Assembly: GCA_963841915.1 (NCBI GenBank)
Contig: CAWJEN010000006.1
Location: forward strand, 96,001 to 160,000
DNA from: an uncultured Planctomycetota bacterium
GTDB taxonomy: Bacteria > Planctomycetota > Phycisphaerae > Tepidisphaerales > Tepidisphaeraceae
Direction of reading: 5' to 3'
Length of the DNA stretch: 64,000 nt
Shown: positions 27,998 to 38,700 of the stretch, one piece after another
How positions within the stretch are numbered: position 1 is the stretch's first letter
How the letters are laid out: every line of letters begins with the position of its first letter
Notes under the pieces: model-generated
Told to the model about the DNA's origin: nothing
Seen by the model: only the letters and a program-made list of their open reading frames with translations
Databases searched by the model: none
Position numbers and translations under genes: made by a program

Positions 27998-29818
27998 ATG
28001 AGCGACTACGTAGAAGCCGACACCGGCTCCGACTCGACGCCCGAGTCGTCGGCCACGACGACCACCGTCCGCACCACGGTGCCCGAAGCGCCTGCCTCGA
28101 GTGGGCGGGCCGTAATCGAGCAGGTGGTGGTGGCGCTCATCCTGGCCTTCGTGTTTCGCGCGTTCGTCGTCGAGGCCTTCATCATCCCGACCGGCAGCAT
28201 GGCCACGACGTTGCTCGGGGCGCACATGCGGTTCGACTGCCCGGACTGCGGCTGGGACTTCACCGTCAATTACCAGTCGCCTCAGGGCTCCAGCGGTGCG
28301 ATCCTGCCGACGCAGGCAAAGACCAACAGCGGCCTGGCGCGCAAGTTCAACATCCGCTGCCCGAACTGCGCTTACAGGTTTCCGGCCGACGAGACGGAAG
28401 GATTTCGCGCCGACAGCGAAGACAGCTACAGCCCGCCTGTCTACTACGGCGACCGGATCCTCGTCCTCAAACACCAGTACCTGTTCGCCGAGCCGGGGCG
28501 GTTCGAGGTCGTGGTCTTCAAGAACCCAAGCAGCGTTCAATTCCGGAAGGTCGAGCTGCGGCCTGAGCAGGCGACCGAGCCGTTTCAGGAGAACTACATC
28601 AAGCGACTCGTCGGCCTGCCCGGCGACACGTTGATGATCCTCGACGGCGACATCTACGTCGCAGACGATGTGCGGAACAAGGAGACGGGCGAGCTGGTCG
28701 CAAGCGACTTCCGCATCGCCCGGAAACCTGCCTCGGCACAGTCGGCTCTATGGCGGACCGTCTACGACGATGACTACCGGCCACGGGGTCTCGACCGCAA
28801 CAGCGCCGGCTTTCCGGCAGAAGTTGACTTTGACAACCCATGGCGGCCCGGTGGCGCGTGGCAACAGGTCGAGGGCGGCTTTGAGGTCGACGCCGGCGGT
28901 GGAACGCTGGAGTTTGATCCCGATGCCGTCCGCGAAGCATTCTATCTCACCGACTTCCTCGGCTACGACCAGACCCACGACGACATCTTCGAAAGCGACA
29001 ACAACCGCAAGGCCGACACCAGCGGCAACCGCTATGGGTTCAACGGCCGCGTCGGTGGCAATCCGTATCTCCATCGGGCCGACGACCTCAAGCTCGACCT
29101 GGTTCATACCCGCCAAAGCGGCGACGGCCCTCTTGTGCTCCGCCTCGACGGAAACGGGGAGCAATTCGAGTTGTTGATCGATGGTGAAGGCGCAAGGCTG
29201 ACGCACAACGGCACGACGGTGGCGACAGTGGAGGAAGATGACTTATCGCCCGACGGCAGCGCCCGCAGGATCGAGTTCCAGCACGTCGACTACGCCGTCG
29301 CCGCCCTCGTCGACGGCCGGCCGTTGCTCGACTACACGTACGACCCCATCGTCGAGTCGCTCATCGAGGCCGAATCACGTGGCGACGCCGGCCCCGTCCC
29401 GGCGGCTGCCGTCGCGGCACGCGGGCACGACGGCTCACTACGGCACGTCAAACTCCTCCGCGACGTCCACTACACGCCACGCGACCAGACCAGCAACCAA
29501 AGCAACGCGAATCCTTCTGGCCAGTTCTACCCACACGCCTCACCGGCCGACTTCCCGCGGAACGTCATGCGTCTGGGCGAGGAGGAATTTTTTGTCATCG
29601 GCGACAACCCGATGCTCAGCGGCGACGCCCGCACGTGGGACAGCGTGACAGACGCGGTCAAGCTCGCGTACGAAGAGGTCGACGTCGAAGGCGGCCGCGT
29701 GCCGCGTCGGTTCATGCTGGGGAAGGCTTTCTTTGTTTACTGGCCCGGCGGGTACCGACCGCTGCCGTTCCTACCGCCGATCGTGCCGAACTTCGGCGAA
29801 ATGCGTCTCATTCGCTAA
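27998..29818 (+). CDS. lepB: Signal peptidase I, large planctomycete type
   Basis: EAFIIPTGSMA (catalytic Ser), GDRILV, YIKRLVGLPGD (catalytic Lys), GDN...S.D.R.W; CPDC/CPNC insert. Confidence 0.92.
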   Translation: MSDYVEADTGSDSTPESSATTTTVRTTVPEAPASSGRAVIEQVVVALILAFVFRAFVVEAFIIPTGSMATTLLGAHMRFDCPDCGWDFTVNYQSPQGSSGAILPTQAKTNSGLARKFNIRCPNCAYRFPADETEGFRADSEDSYSPPVYYGDRILVLKHQYLFAEPGRFEVVVFKNPSSVQFRKVELRPEQATEPFQENYIKRLVGLPGDTLMILDGDIYVADDVRNKETGELVASDFRIARKPASAQSALWRTVYDDDYRPRGLDRNSAGFPAEVDFDNPWRPGGAWQQVEGGFEVDAGGGTLEFDPDAVREAFYLTDFLGYDQTHDDIFESDNNRKADTSGNRYGFNGRVGGNPYLHRADDLKLDLVHTRQSGDGPLVLRLDGNGEQFELLIDGEGARLTHNGTTVATVEEDDLSPDGSARRIEFQHVDYAVAALVDGRPLLDYTYDPIVESLIEAESRGDAGPVPAAAVAARGHDGSLRHVKLLRDVHYTPRDQTSNQSNANPSGQFYPHASPADFPRNVMRLGEEEFFVIGDNPMLSGDARTWDSVTDAVKLAYEEVDVEGGRVPRRFMLGKAFFVYWPGGYRPLPFLPPIVPNFGEMRLIR

Positions 29819-29840
29819 ACACTTCAAGCGCTGCCAGCGT

Positions 29841-29877
29841 AAAAGTTGACCTCGCGGGGTGCCACCCGCGAGGTCAA
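29841..29877 (-). terminator. Terminator hairpin (T-tract on minus strand; may be bidirectional)
   Basis: TTGACCTCGCGGG-GTGCCA-CCCGCGAGGTCAA, a 13-bp stem preceded by AAAAG on +. Confidence 0.75.
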
Positions 29878-29883
29878 TGATTC

Positions 29884-30015
29884 GGCCTTCAAACTGATGG
29901 CCCGCTGCAAATTTGGGTCGTATGACGGGTGCAGGCATCCATGCCCGACAGGTCATCGCGACCACAAGCCTTCCATGGCTTCCAACATTACGTCGAGCGG
30001 ATCAGCAGGTTCGGC
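29884..30015. ncRNA. Candidate structured small RNA (unassigned)
   Basis: Nested pairings CTGAT/ATCAG, CCGCT/AGCGG, GGTCG/CGACC, ATGAC/GTCAT, GGCAT/ATGCC around an asymmetric bubble; no credible ORF. Confidence 0.3.
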
Positions 30016-30068
30016 ACTGTGTCAATTATTTTTGTCGTACGCGACAGGCTGGCCGATTCACTGCCGCG

Positions 30069-30587
30069 TCACACCAAACGGCTGACCGTCGAGCCAAAGC
30101 CGGGCTTCGGCTGGTGGAAGTAAACGGCACCTTCAAACCAGCCCCCGTAGCAGGATCGGCAGCGGACGACGGTGACGCCCACGCGGATCAGGTCGCCGTT
30201 GAAGTCGGTGCACTCGAGAACGCCACCGAAGCCGAGCGGGAGGCGGCGTGGCGAGATGAAGCCGGCCGCCCGGGGCTCGACGTCTCGCAGGAAGACCAGC
30301 CGTGCTTCATCCTCGACGTCATCTGCGTGCAACGTTAGACTCGCCTCTTGGCGATGCGTGACACGCGTTGTCCCTTCACGACGCTCGTACCGCGACGGCG
30401 GCGTGCCCCGCCCTTGGGCGGCCGCGTCCATAGCCGACAAGATCATGGATGCCTGACGCCGCAGTAGCTCCGGCGAGTCGGTTGCCTCATCTTGAAATTC
30501 AGCCTCTTCCAGCGGAAGCGTGAACGAGTCGGACGGGAAAGAGGCGGCGTCGACGGGATCGGCAACGGTGTCTTCGGTGAGCATCAT
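30069..30587 (-). CDS. PilZ-like domain protein
   Basis: ERR...R motif, RDV....GF, terminal VVRCR....W.EGAVYF beta-barrel pattern. Confidence 0.6.
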   Translation of the reverse strand: MMLTEDTVADPVDAASFPSDSFTLPLEEAEFQDEATDSPELLRRQASMILSAMDAAAQGRGTPPSRYERREGTTRVTHRQEASLTLHADDVEDEARLVFLRDVEPRAAGFISPRRLPLGFGGVLECTDFNGDLIRVGVTVVRCRSCYGGWFEGAVYFHQPKPGFGSTVSRLV

Positions 30588-30687
30588 GGCGTTGAGGGGC
30601 TGAATCGGGGCGAGGTGATTGGGTGCAGACGAAGCCGTCTGCGTACACCACTGATGTCCGATTCACCCCAGCGCAATGCAACAAGAA

Positions 30688-31302
30688 TTAATCGCCCCGA
30701 CGACCCTCGGGCGAATAGACCCGCACCGGTAAAACCTGTCGGCCCCACTGCCGCGCCGTTGCATGGTCGGGATAAAACACGTCCAATCGATATCCCTTGA
30801 TGGCCCCACCGCGATCGATTACTTCGACAACGTCGCCCGCATCACTGCCATAGCCAGGCACTTGGATCTGCGTACCGAACGGCAACAGTCGTGTGTCAGC
30901 TGCGACGAACTTGCCACTGTTGTGGTCCACGTTTTTGCCGCTGGCCGTAATCCCACTGGCTCGTGGCCCGCAGCACTTCTGGCACGGGCAATAGGCAGTC
31001 ACTTCCATCAGGATGACCGACCAGTCGTCGTCATCTGCCGCGAGATCGCCAGCGACGAGCGACATGTTGGAGTCGCTTTCGAGCCGGGCGGTAATCATCA
31101 CACCGTCCCCTGCCGCCTCGATAGCCAGTGCTGCGGGTTTGCTTTGCTGTAGGTCAACCCCGGCACCGTGCCCGCCGAAGCCGACTAAAATTACCGTCGC
31201 CGCACCGGCGAGAAACAGAGTGGCCGGCACCAATCGCCGCCAGAAGGCAGGATGCGCGGTGTGGTCGCCAGTCGGGATAGTGTCGTCGTGCGTCGCGTCC
31301 AT
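30688..31302 (-). CDS. 3D-domain protein (MltA-like lytic transglycosylase fold) with an N-terminal TM anchor
   Basis: VTAYCPC..CCG, GITASG, VAAD...LPFGT, DRGGAIKG.RLDVF, A.QWG. Confidence 0.9.
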   Translation of the reverse strand: MDATHDDTIPTGDHTAHPAFWRRLVPATLFLAGAATVILVGFGGHGAGVDLQQSKPAALAIEAAGDGVMITARLESDSNMSLVAGDLAADDDDWSVILMEVTAYCPCQKCCGPRASGITASGKNVDHNSGKFVAADTRLLPFGTQIQVPGYGSDAGDVVEVIDRGGAIKGYRLDVFYPDHATARQWGRQVLPVRVYSPEGRRGD

Positions 31303-31379
31303 GCGGTGCAGAAAGCTAAGGGTCGGCCGCCTTCGTGGCCAGCGGTAGTCTGATAAGATGCCAGACCTCAACGACTTCG

Positions 31380-32468
31380 TCAACCGCCGATGAAGGTGAT
31401 GGGCACGCTTTGCTGGGCGACGCGGCCGGCCAGCTCGTCACGCACCGTGACCTTGAGCATGTGCTTGCCAGGTAGCGCGTGCGGCGGAAGCGTCAGCAAG
31501 CCGCTCAAGAAGAAGTCGCGGCGGCGCCGCCGACTCTGGTCCTGGGCGTTCTTAGGCGGCAGGCTCATGACCGGGCGACCCTCGTCGTCGTAAAGCACGG
31601 CTGAGAGGCTCAGCCGCGTCAGCCATCGGCCGTCCGACTGTTGCTCGCTCTTGAAGCCGTCAGCCTCAACGTAGAGCACGGCTCGGTGCGGCTTGCCGGC
31701 GACGAATCGTCCTTCGATCGCGTCGTAGTCGCCCCACAGCCGGACCTCACTGCACAGCTCCGCCGTCGGCAGCCGCAGCCCAACCTCGCTACGCAACGCC
31801 TCTGCGGCTTCAAGAATGGGCTCGACGCGGTCTTCGGCATCAGGTGAAGCGGCCAGTTCGCGACGAAACTCCCCAAGATAGCTGGCCACCATGGCGACCA
31901 TCCGCTCCTCGCTCGGCCGCAATCCCGGGAACGTCATCTCGCCGGCCGTGTCACCGGCAACGAGCTTCAGCAGCTCATGATCAAATGACGCCACAGCCGA
32001 CGACGGCTGCGTCTTGAGCCGAGCCAGGACGGCATCCGTCGGACCTCGCGGCGTCACTTCGGCCTTCGGCTCAGGCACCAGCTCGGCAAAGGCGTCAGCA
32101 GGTTCCGACAGACGAGCAGCCTTCGGCTCGGCGGCAACCACCGGCAACGGTCTGATGTCGCTGACGACCGTCAAAGACGCATCGCGCTGAGGCGGAAGAT
32201 CCGTCACCGAGACCGGCGTCGGGTCGATCTCGCTCGGCACGTCGGCAGAAGGGGTGGCCTCGAATTGCTGCCGCAACTGCTCAATGCGTTGGTTCAACGC
32301 TGCCATCTGCGGATCATCAACGTCGCCATTCGTCGGCAGGGTCGGCTGGTCCGTCTGCGACAGAGACGTCGCAGGCTGAGGCGGAACAGTGGCCGGCGGC
32401 GCGGCACAACCAACTACCACGATGGGCAGACTGTGACAAACGAGAGTAAAGAGGCGGCGTGGCGTCAT
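31380..32468 (-). CDS. Hypothetical lipoprotein
   Basis: Lipobox VVGC, Pro-rich linker, C-terminal Ig-like domain (LC..V..WG.Y, RRRDFF, LKVTVRD); GGAG RBS. Confidence 0.7.
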   Translation of the reverse strand: MTPRRLFTLVCHSLPIVVVGCAAPPATVPPQPATSLSQTDQPTLPTNGDVDDPQMAALNQRIEQLRQQFEATPSADVPSEIDPTPVSVTDLPPQRDASLTVVSDIRPLPVVAAEPKAARLSEPADAFAELVPEPKAEVTPRGPTDAVLARLKTQPSSAVASFDHELLKLVAGDTAGEMTFPGLRPSEERMVAMVASYLGEFRRELAASPDAEDRVEPILEAAEALRSEVGLRLPTAELCSEVRLWGDYDAIEGRFVAGKPHRAVLYVEADGFKSEQQSDGRWLTRLSLSAVLYDDEGRPVMSLPPKNAQDQSRRRRRDFFLSGLLTLPPHALPGKHMLKVTVRDELAGRVAQQSVPITFIGG

Positions 32469-32715
32469 GGCTCCTTCCGTGGAGGCCGGTGGCGGCGAAC
32501 AATAGAAGCGTGGCGAAAGTCGGCTGCACGTTAGCAGAACGGTTCGTCCGCTGCACGCCACAGCTCGGCGAACCTGACTTTTCAGTAGCAGTGGGAGGAA
32601 CGTCCCTTCGATGCCAGACGCATCTGACGCTACAACAGTGTCTAGCCGGCGCAGGACGCCCGGCCGCCTCGTCTGAAAACGAGCACCCGCACCACGCATC
32701 TACGGAGACCTTCTG

Positions 32716-35700
32716 TTGCAAACTCGCTTCGCAGGTGGAGCCTCAGGCCCCGACGTTCACCCGGTCAATCGGACCGACGCCCCCCGCCGCAACCCGCTGA
32801 GCCGGCTCGCAGCCGTCCTGCGCCCCGAGCGTGACGACAACACCGGCTTTCAGGATCTCGACGACCAGCCGTTGCGCGGCGACTTGTACAGCGGTGACCA
32901 GCTCGCCCAGCACGCCCGCACGCTTGCCGGGTGGCACGAGACCGAAGAAGAAGAGACGTTCGGCCCGCAGTTGCTGCTCGATCGGCTTCGTGGGAACAGG
33001 CGGGTGTTAGAGGACGCGTACGAGCAGGTGGTCGACGCCGCCGAGCGCGGCCGCCGCGTCGCCCCGGCGGCCGAGTGGCTCGTCGACAACTTCTACCTCA
33101 TCGAGCAACAGCTTCGCCTGGCCGCGCACCACTTGCCCCGTGGGTACGCAACCGAGCTGCCGCGCCTTAAGAGTGGACCCAATGCGGGCAAGCCGCGGGT
33201 GTACGACCTGGCGATGGAGCTCATTACGCACGTCGACGGTCAGGTCGACAAGGCTTCGCTGAGCAGGTTCGTTGAAAGCTATCAGTCTGCAGCTGCGCTG
33301 AGGCAAGGCGAGCTGTGGGCGGTGCCGATCATGCTGCGAATCAGCTTGATCGAGAACCTGCGACGCGTTGCCGCCCGCGTGGCCGAAGGCCAGCGAGACC
33401 AGGACGCGGCCGAGCACTGGGCCGAGCGAATTCTGACCGCTGCCAAGCGAGATCCCAAGAGCGTGGTGAGCGTGCTGTCTGACATGTACGCGTCGATGGT
33501 GCCGCCGACATCTCCGGGTCAGGAGCGTCGGCCGCTCCGCTTGTCGAGCGGGTTTGTCAGCGAGTTCGCCCGCCGTCTGCGTGGGCAAGGACCCAGCACC
33601 GCGTCCTCGCTCGAATGGCTCGGGCAGGCGCTGGCCGATCAGGGTGCGGGCATCGACCAGATGGCCCAGCTTGAAAGCCAGCGACAAGCAACCGATCAGG
33701 TGTCGATCGGCAACTCCATCGGGTCGCTCCGCTTTGTCGAGAGCCACGACTGGTCGGAGTGGGTCGAGGCACAAAGTCAGGTCGAGGCTGCGCTGCGGAC
33801 GGACCCGGCGGAGGTCTACGAGGGACAAACGTTCTTGACACGTGACAGCTACCGTCACGTTGTCGAACGGCTTGCCAAGCACGGCCCGTACTCCGAACGC
33901 CAAGTGGCAGAGCTCGCCGTCGGCCTCGCCCGCGAGGGCGGCACGCCCGGTCCCCGCGAGGCGGCCGACGCCGACGTCAAGCGTCACATCGGACACTACC
34001 TCATCGGGGAGGCCCGCCCGAAACTCGATCGGGTCGCAGGCACCCGCTCGACGTTTGGCAGTACGCTTCGCGCCGTCTGGCGTGCGGCACCGCTGGAGTG
34101 GTTCCTCGGCACGGCCACACTTCTGGCGCTGGTCGGAACGCTTGCCGTTTCGATGTGGTCGGCGTCGCACGGCATGCCCTGGTGGGCGATCATCGCGATG
34201 ATCCTGCCGATATTCATCGCTGCGTCACAGCCGGCGGTGGCGTTTGTCAACTGGCTTGTCACGAAGCTCGCAGCGCCCAAGGCGTTGCCGCGGATGCGGT
34301 TCGAGGACGGCATTCCCGCCTCGTGCCGCACCGTCGTCGTCGTACCGACAATGTTGTCTTCACCCGCTGCGGTGGACGATGTCGTCGCCGGGCTCGAGGT
34401 GCGTCACCTGGCCAACCCGGACCAGCACCTGCACTTTTGCCTGCTGAGCGATCTGCCCGATGCCGACGAGGAGGTCCTCGATGGCGATGAAGAACTCATC
34501 GCTCGCGCGGCAGAGCAGATCAAGCAGCTCAACGAGCAGTACGGTGCCGGTGAAGGCGAAAAGTTCATGCTCCTTCACCGCCCGCGGAAGTGGAACGAGA
34601 GCGAGGGTGCGTGGATGGGCTGGGAGCGCAAGCGGGGCAAACTCGCGGAGTTCAACGCCCTGCTCCGCCCCGCCGGTCGCGACGGCGACAAGGCGATTCG
34701 GCAGTTCTCGCACACGGTCTGCAAGCGCGACGTCCTCTTCGACGTCGAGTACGTCATTGCCCTTGACGGTGACACCGAGCTGCCACGCGACACTGCACGG
34801 CAGCTCGTAGCGACCATCGATCACCCGCTCAATCGTCCTATCTACGACCCGGTCGTCGGTCGCGTGACAAGCGGCTACGGCATTCTGCAGCCACGCGTCG
34901 GCGTCGACCTGCCCAGCGCATCGGCCAGCCTGTTCAGCCGCGTGATGAGCGGCGAGCCCGGCGTCGATCCCTATACAAATGCCGTCAGCGATGTCTACCA
35001 AGACGCCTTCGGCGAAGGCAGCTTCATCGGGAAGGGCATCTACCACCCGGCCACGTTCGAGAAGGCGTGCGCGGACAACTTCCCCGAAAACGCGATCCTG
35101 TCGCACGACCTCATCGAGTCGGCCTTTGCGCGGAGCGGTCTGGTGACCGACGTCGTGCTCTACGAGGACCACCCCAGCAGCTACGCAGCCGACGTGGCGC
35201 GTCGCACGCGTTGGGTTCGAGGTGACTGGCAGCTCATCGCTTATCTGTTGCCATGGCTCAGGCGTGAAGGGGGCTGGATCAAGAACCCAACGAGCGGCTT
35301 GTCCCGTTGGAAGCTGCTCGACAACCTGCGGCGCAGCCTCGTACCGATTGCCGTGCTGGCGGTGCTAATCATTGCCTTCATCGCCGAACCGTCGGCGGCG
35401 TGGGCTTGGGCACTACTCTCAGTCGGTTACTTCTTCGGGCCACTCATCTTAAAGCTTAGCTTTGACGCGTTCGCTGCGCTTTTCGGTGCGGGTGACGAAG
35501 AGCGGCCCGCCAAGCTACGCGTCGGCGACGTTTGGCAGTCGAGCCGTGTCGGCTTTGCCAGATCAGCGATGTCGCTGGCACTGCTGCCGTACGAGGCCTT
35601 CGTCCACACGGTCGCAATCGTCAAGACGCTGTACCGCCTGTGGTTCAGCCGTCGGCACTTGCTCGAGTGGACGACCGCCGCCGAGGCAGAACGAAAGGCC

Positions 35701-38700
35701 CGGCTCGATCACGCCAGCTTCTGGGAAGCCATGTGGCCGGCGTGGATGGTCGCGGTTGGCGTCATCGCTTGGTTGATCGGGTCAGATCATTACGAAGCCA
35801 CAATTGTGGCCACGCTAACGCTCGCCCTGTGGTGGGCGGTGAGTCCGACACTCGCGTTTGTGATGAGTCGCCCGATCAAGCGAAAGGCGCCGCGGGAGAT
35901 GCTTGTCGATCGAGACAGGCGGTTCCTGCGCAAAGTCGGTAGGCGGACGTGGTCGTTCTTCGACCGCTACGTCGCCGCTGCGGACAATTATCTGCCGCCG
36001 GACAATGTCCAGGAGTTGCCCAACGAGCGAATCGCTCCGCGGACGAGCCCGACCAACATCGGCCTGGCACTGCTCAGCAATGTCGCCGCACACGACTTCG
36101 GCTATATCACGCTCGGCCAGCTGCTCGATCGCACGCAACGAACGCTCAACGCAACGGGCCGGCTCGAACGGCACGAAACCGGCCACCTGTTCAACTGGTA
36201 CGACACGCGTCGCCTCGAACCTCTCACGCCGCGTTACGTGTCCAGCGTCGACAGTGGCAACTTTGTGGCCAGTGTGCGTGTGCTGGAACTCGCCCTCGAC
36301 GGCCTGGTCGACGAACCCGTCATCGGGCCACAGGCGTGGCCGGGTGTTGCCGATGTTGTCCGCTTGCTGCTCGACACCTGTCGCGACCGTGAGCAGACGA
36401 GACTTGAAGAGGACGACGAGCCACAGCTGCCGCCGTCGCGCGTGTTCAAGTTGCCACCCGACCTGGAGCGTCGGCTCGAGCGGATCGCCAGCGACTGCGA
36501 TGCCGGCGGTCCGTCCAAGCTGGGCGGTGCCAAGATGTTCCTGCAGACGATGAGCATCGTGGCCAACGAGGCCGTCGCCGCGACACGAGATGCGCCGGCC
36601 GAGGCGAGCCGTTGGGCACAGGAGCTGCAGCGTCAGGTATCCCGATTTGCCGACGAGTTGCACCACCTGTGCCCGTGGGTCGATCTCGTCGGCCCAAGTC
36701 GCCCATATGCCGGCGGTGACGGCAGCAGTCGCGGCCGGTTGGCCGTCATCGAAAAAGCGCTGCTCCAGCTCGATAACTATCCGTCGCTGCGTGACGTGGC
36801 GAAGCTGGCGGACGAAGTGGTCCCCGCCGCACGCGCGCTCGTCGAAGAAGTCGACACGGCGACGATCCGTCCGCACGCGGACCTGCCGTACTTCCAGCGG
36901 CTGGCCCGCATTCTCGGCGATGCCTCCGACCGTGCGGCCAGTCGTGTCGAGACGATCAAGCAGCTCAAGTCGAGCTGTCTCCCGCTACGCCAGGCCGACT
37001 GGTCGCTGTTGTACGACCGCAGCCGAAACCTGTTGCACATCGGCTACGACGCCAGCGAACGTCGTAAGGACGCGGGTTACTACGACCTGCTCGCCAGCGA
37101 GATGCGACTGGCCAGCTTCGCCCTTGTTGCCGACGGCACGCTGCCGCAGGAACACTGGTTTGCCCTGGGCCGCCAGACAACGCGGGTCGGCCGGCACGAG
37201 GCGTTGCTGTCCTGGTCCGGCAGCATGTTCGAGTACCTCATGCCGCTCCTGGTCATGCCGACCTACAGCGGCACCTTGCTTGACGAGACCTACACCGGTG
37301 TCGTCGACCGACAGATCGAGTACGCCCGCAGCAACGGCATCAACGCAGGCGTGCCATGGGGTGTCAGTGAAAGCGGATATTCCACGACCGACGCCGAGTT
37401 GACCTACCAGTACCGCCCGTTCGGCGTGCCAGGGCTTGGCTTCAAGCGCGGCCTCGGAGAAGACCTCGTCATCGCGCCGTACGCGAGCATGATGGCTGCG
37501 ATGGTGAATCCACCGGCGGCGGCGAAGAACCTGCGCCGCCTCCGCGACGAGGGCAAGATGGGCCGCTTCGGTTTCTACGAGGCCATCGACTACACGCCGG
37601 CCCGCATCAAACGCGACCGCAAAGAGGCGATCGTCCGGCAGTGGATGGCCCACCACCAGGCGATGGGCTTTCTCGGCTTTGCCAACCTGCTGCTCGACGG
37701 CCCGATGCAGAAACGGATGGCCGCCTCCGCCGACTTCAAGAGCGGCGAGCTCATGCTGCACGAACGGGTGCCGCGGGGTGCCCATGTCTTCCCGCACACC
37801 GGCGAGCACGCCGGCAGTCGCCGTGCCGAGCAACAGGCCGTCGGCATCCTGCGCACCTTCAACAAGCCCGACCAGCCCACGCCCGAAGTCCACCTGCTCG
37901 GTAACGGCCGGCTGGCGACGATGGTCTCGACCGCCGGTGGTGGATACACCCGCTGGGACGACGGCGACGGCAAAACCCTTGCCGTCACCCGCTGGAACGA
38001 AGACGCCGTCCGCGACTGCTGGGGCACATTTGTCTACCTGCGCGACCTCGACACCGGCACGTTCTGGAGCAACGCCTACCAGCCGACGCTCCGTGAGCCG
38101 CAGCAGTACGAAGCCATCTTCAGCCAGGCACGTGCCGAATACCGACGCGTCGACCGTCTGCCGACCATCGGCCGCGACGGTAAAGAAGATGACGCCAGCA
38201 GCGGCCCGTCGCAGTCACCCGGTGACGACATCGAAACGTACACGCAAATCAGCGTCAGTCCGGAAGACGACGTCGAAGTCCGCCGCGTCGTCATCACTAA
38301 TCGTGGGCGAAAGACCCGCACAATTGAGTTGACCAGCTACGCCGAGCCGGTGCTGGCCGACCCGCGTGCCGACGCTGCGCACCCGGCGTTCCAGAACCTG
38401 TTCGTGCAGACACGACTTGTCCGCGGCAGGCAGGCAATCCTCGCCAAGCGTCGCGCTCGCGGTGAAGGCGAGCGAACGCCCTACGCCGTTCACCTCGTCA
38501 CGCTTCACGGCACTGAGGTCGGCGACGCGCAGTACGAAACTGATCGCGGCGCATTTGTCGGTCGCGGTCGGTCGCTCGTCGATCCGGCGGCGATGCACAA
38601 CGAACGACTCGCCGACACCAACGGCAGCGTGCTCGATCCGATCGTCAGCGTCCGCCGCGTCGTCAAGATCGGCCCCGGAGAACGGGCCCGCTTCGACGTC

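Noticed and set aside
29915..29965. ZTP or other known riboswitch
   Set aside because: The GGTCG...CGACC stem is superficially similar, but the conserved GACTGGCG and CGCCTGGG elements are absent, and no gene start lies downstream on either strand.
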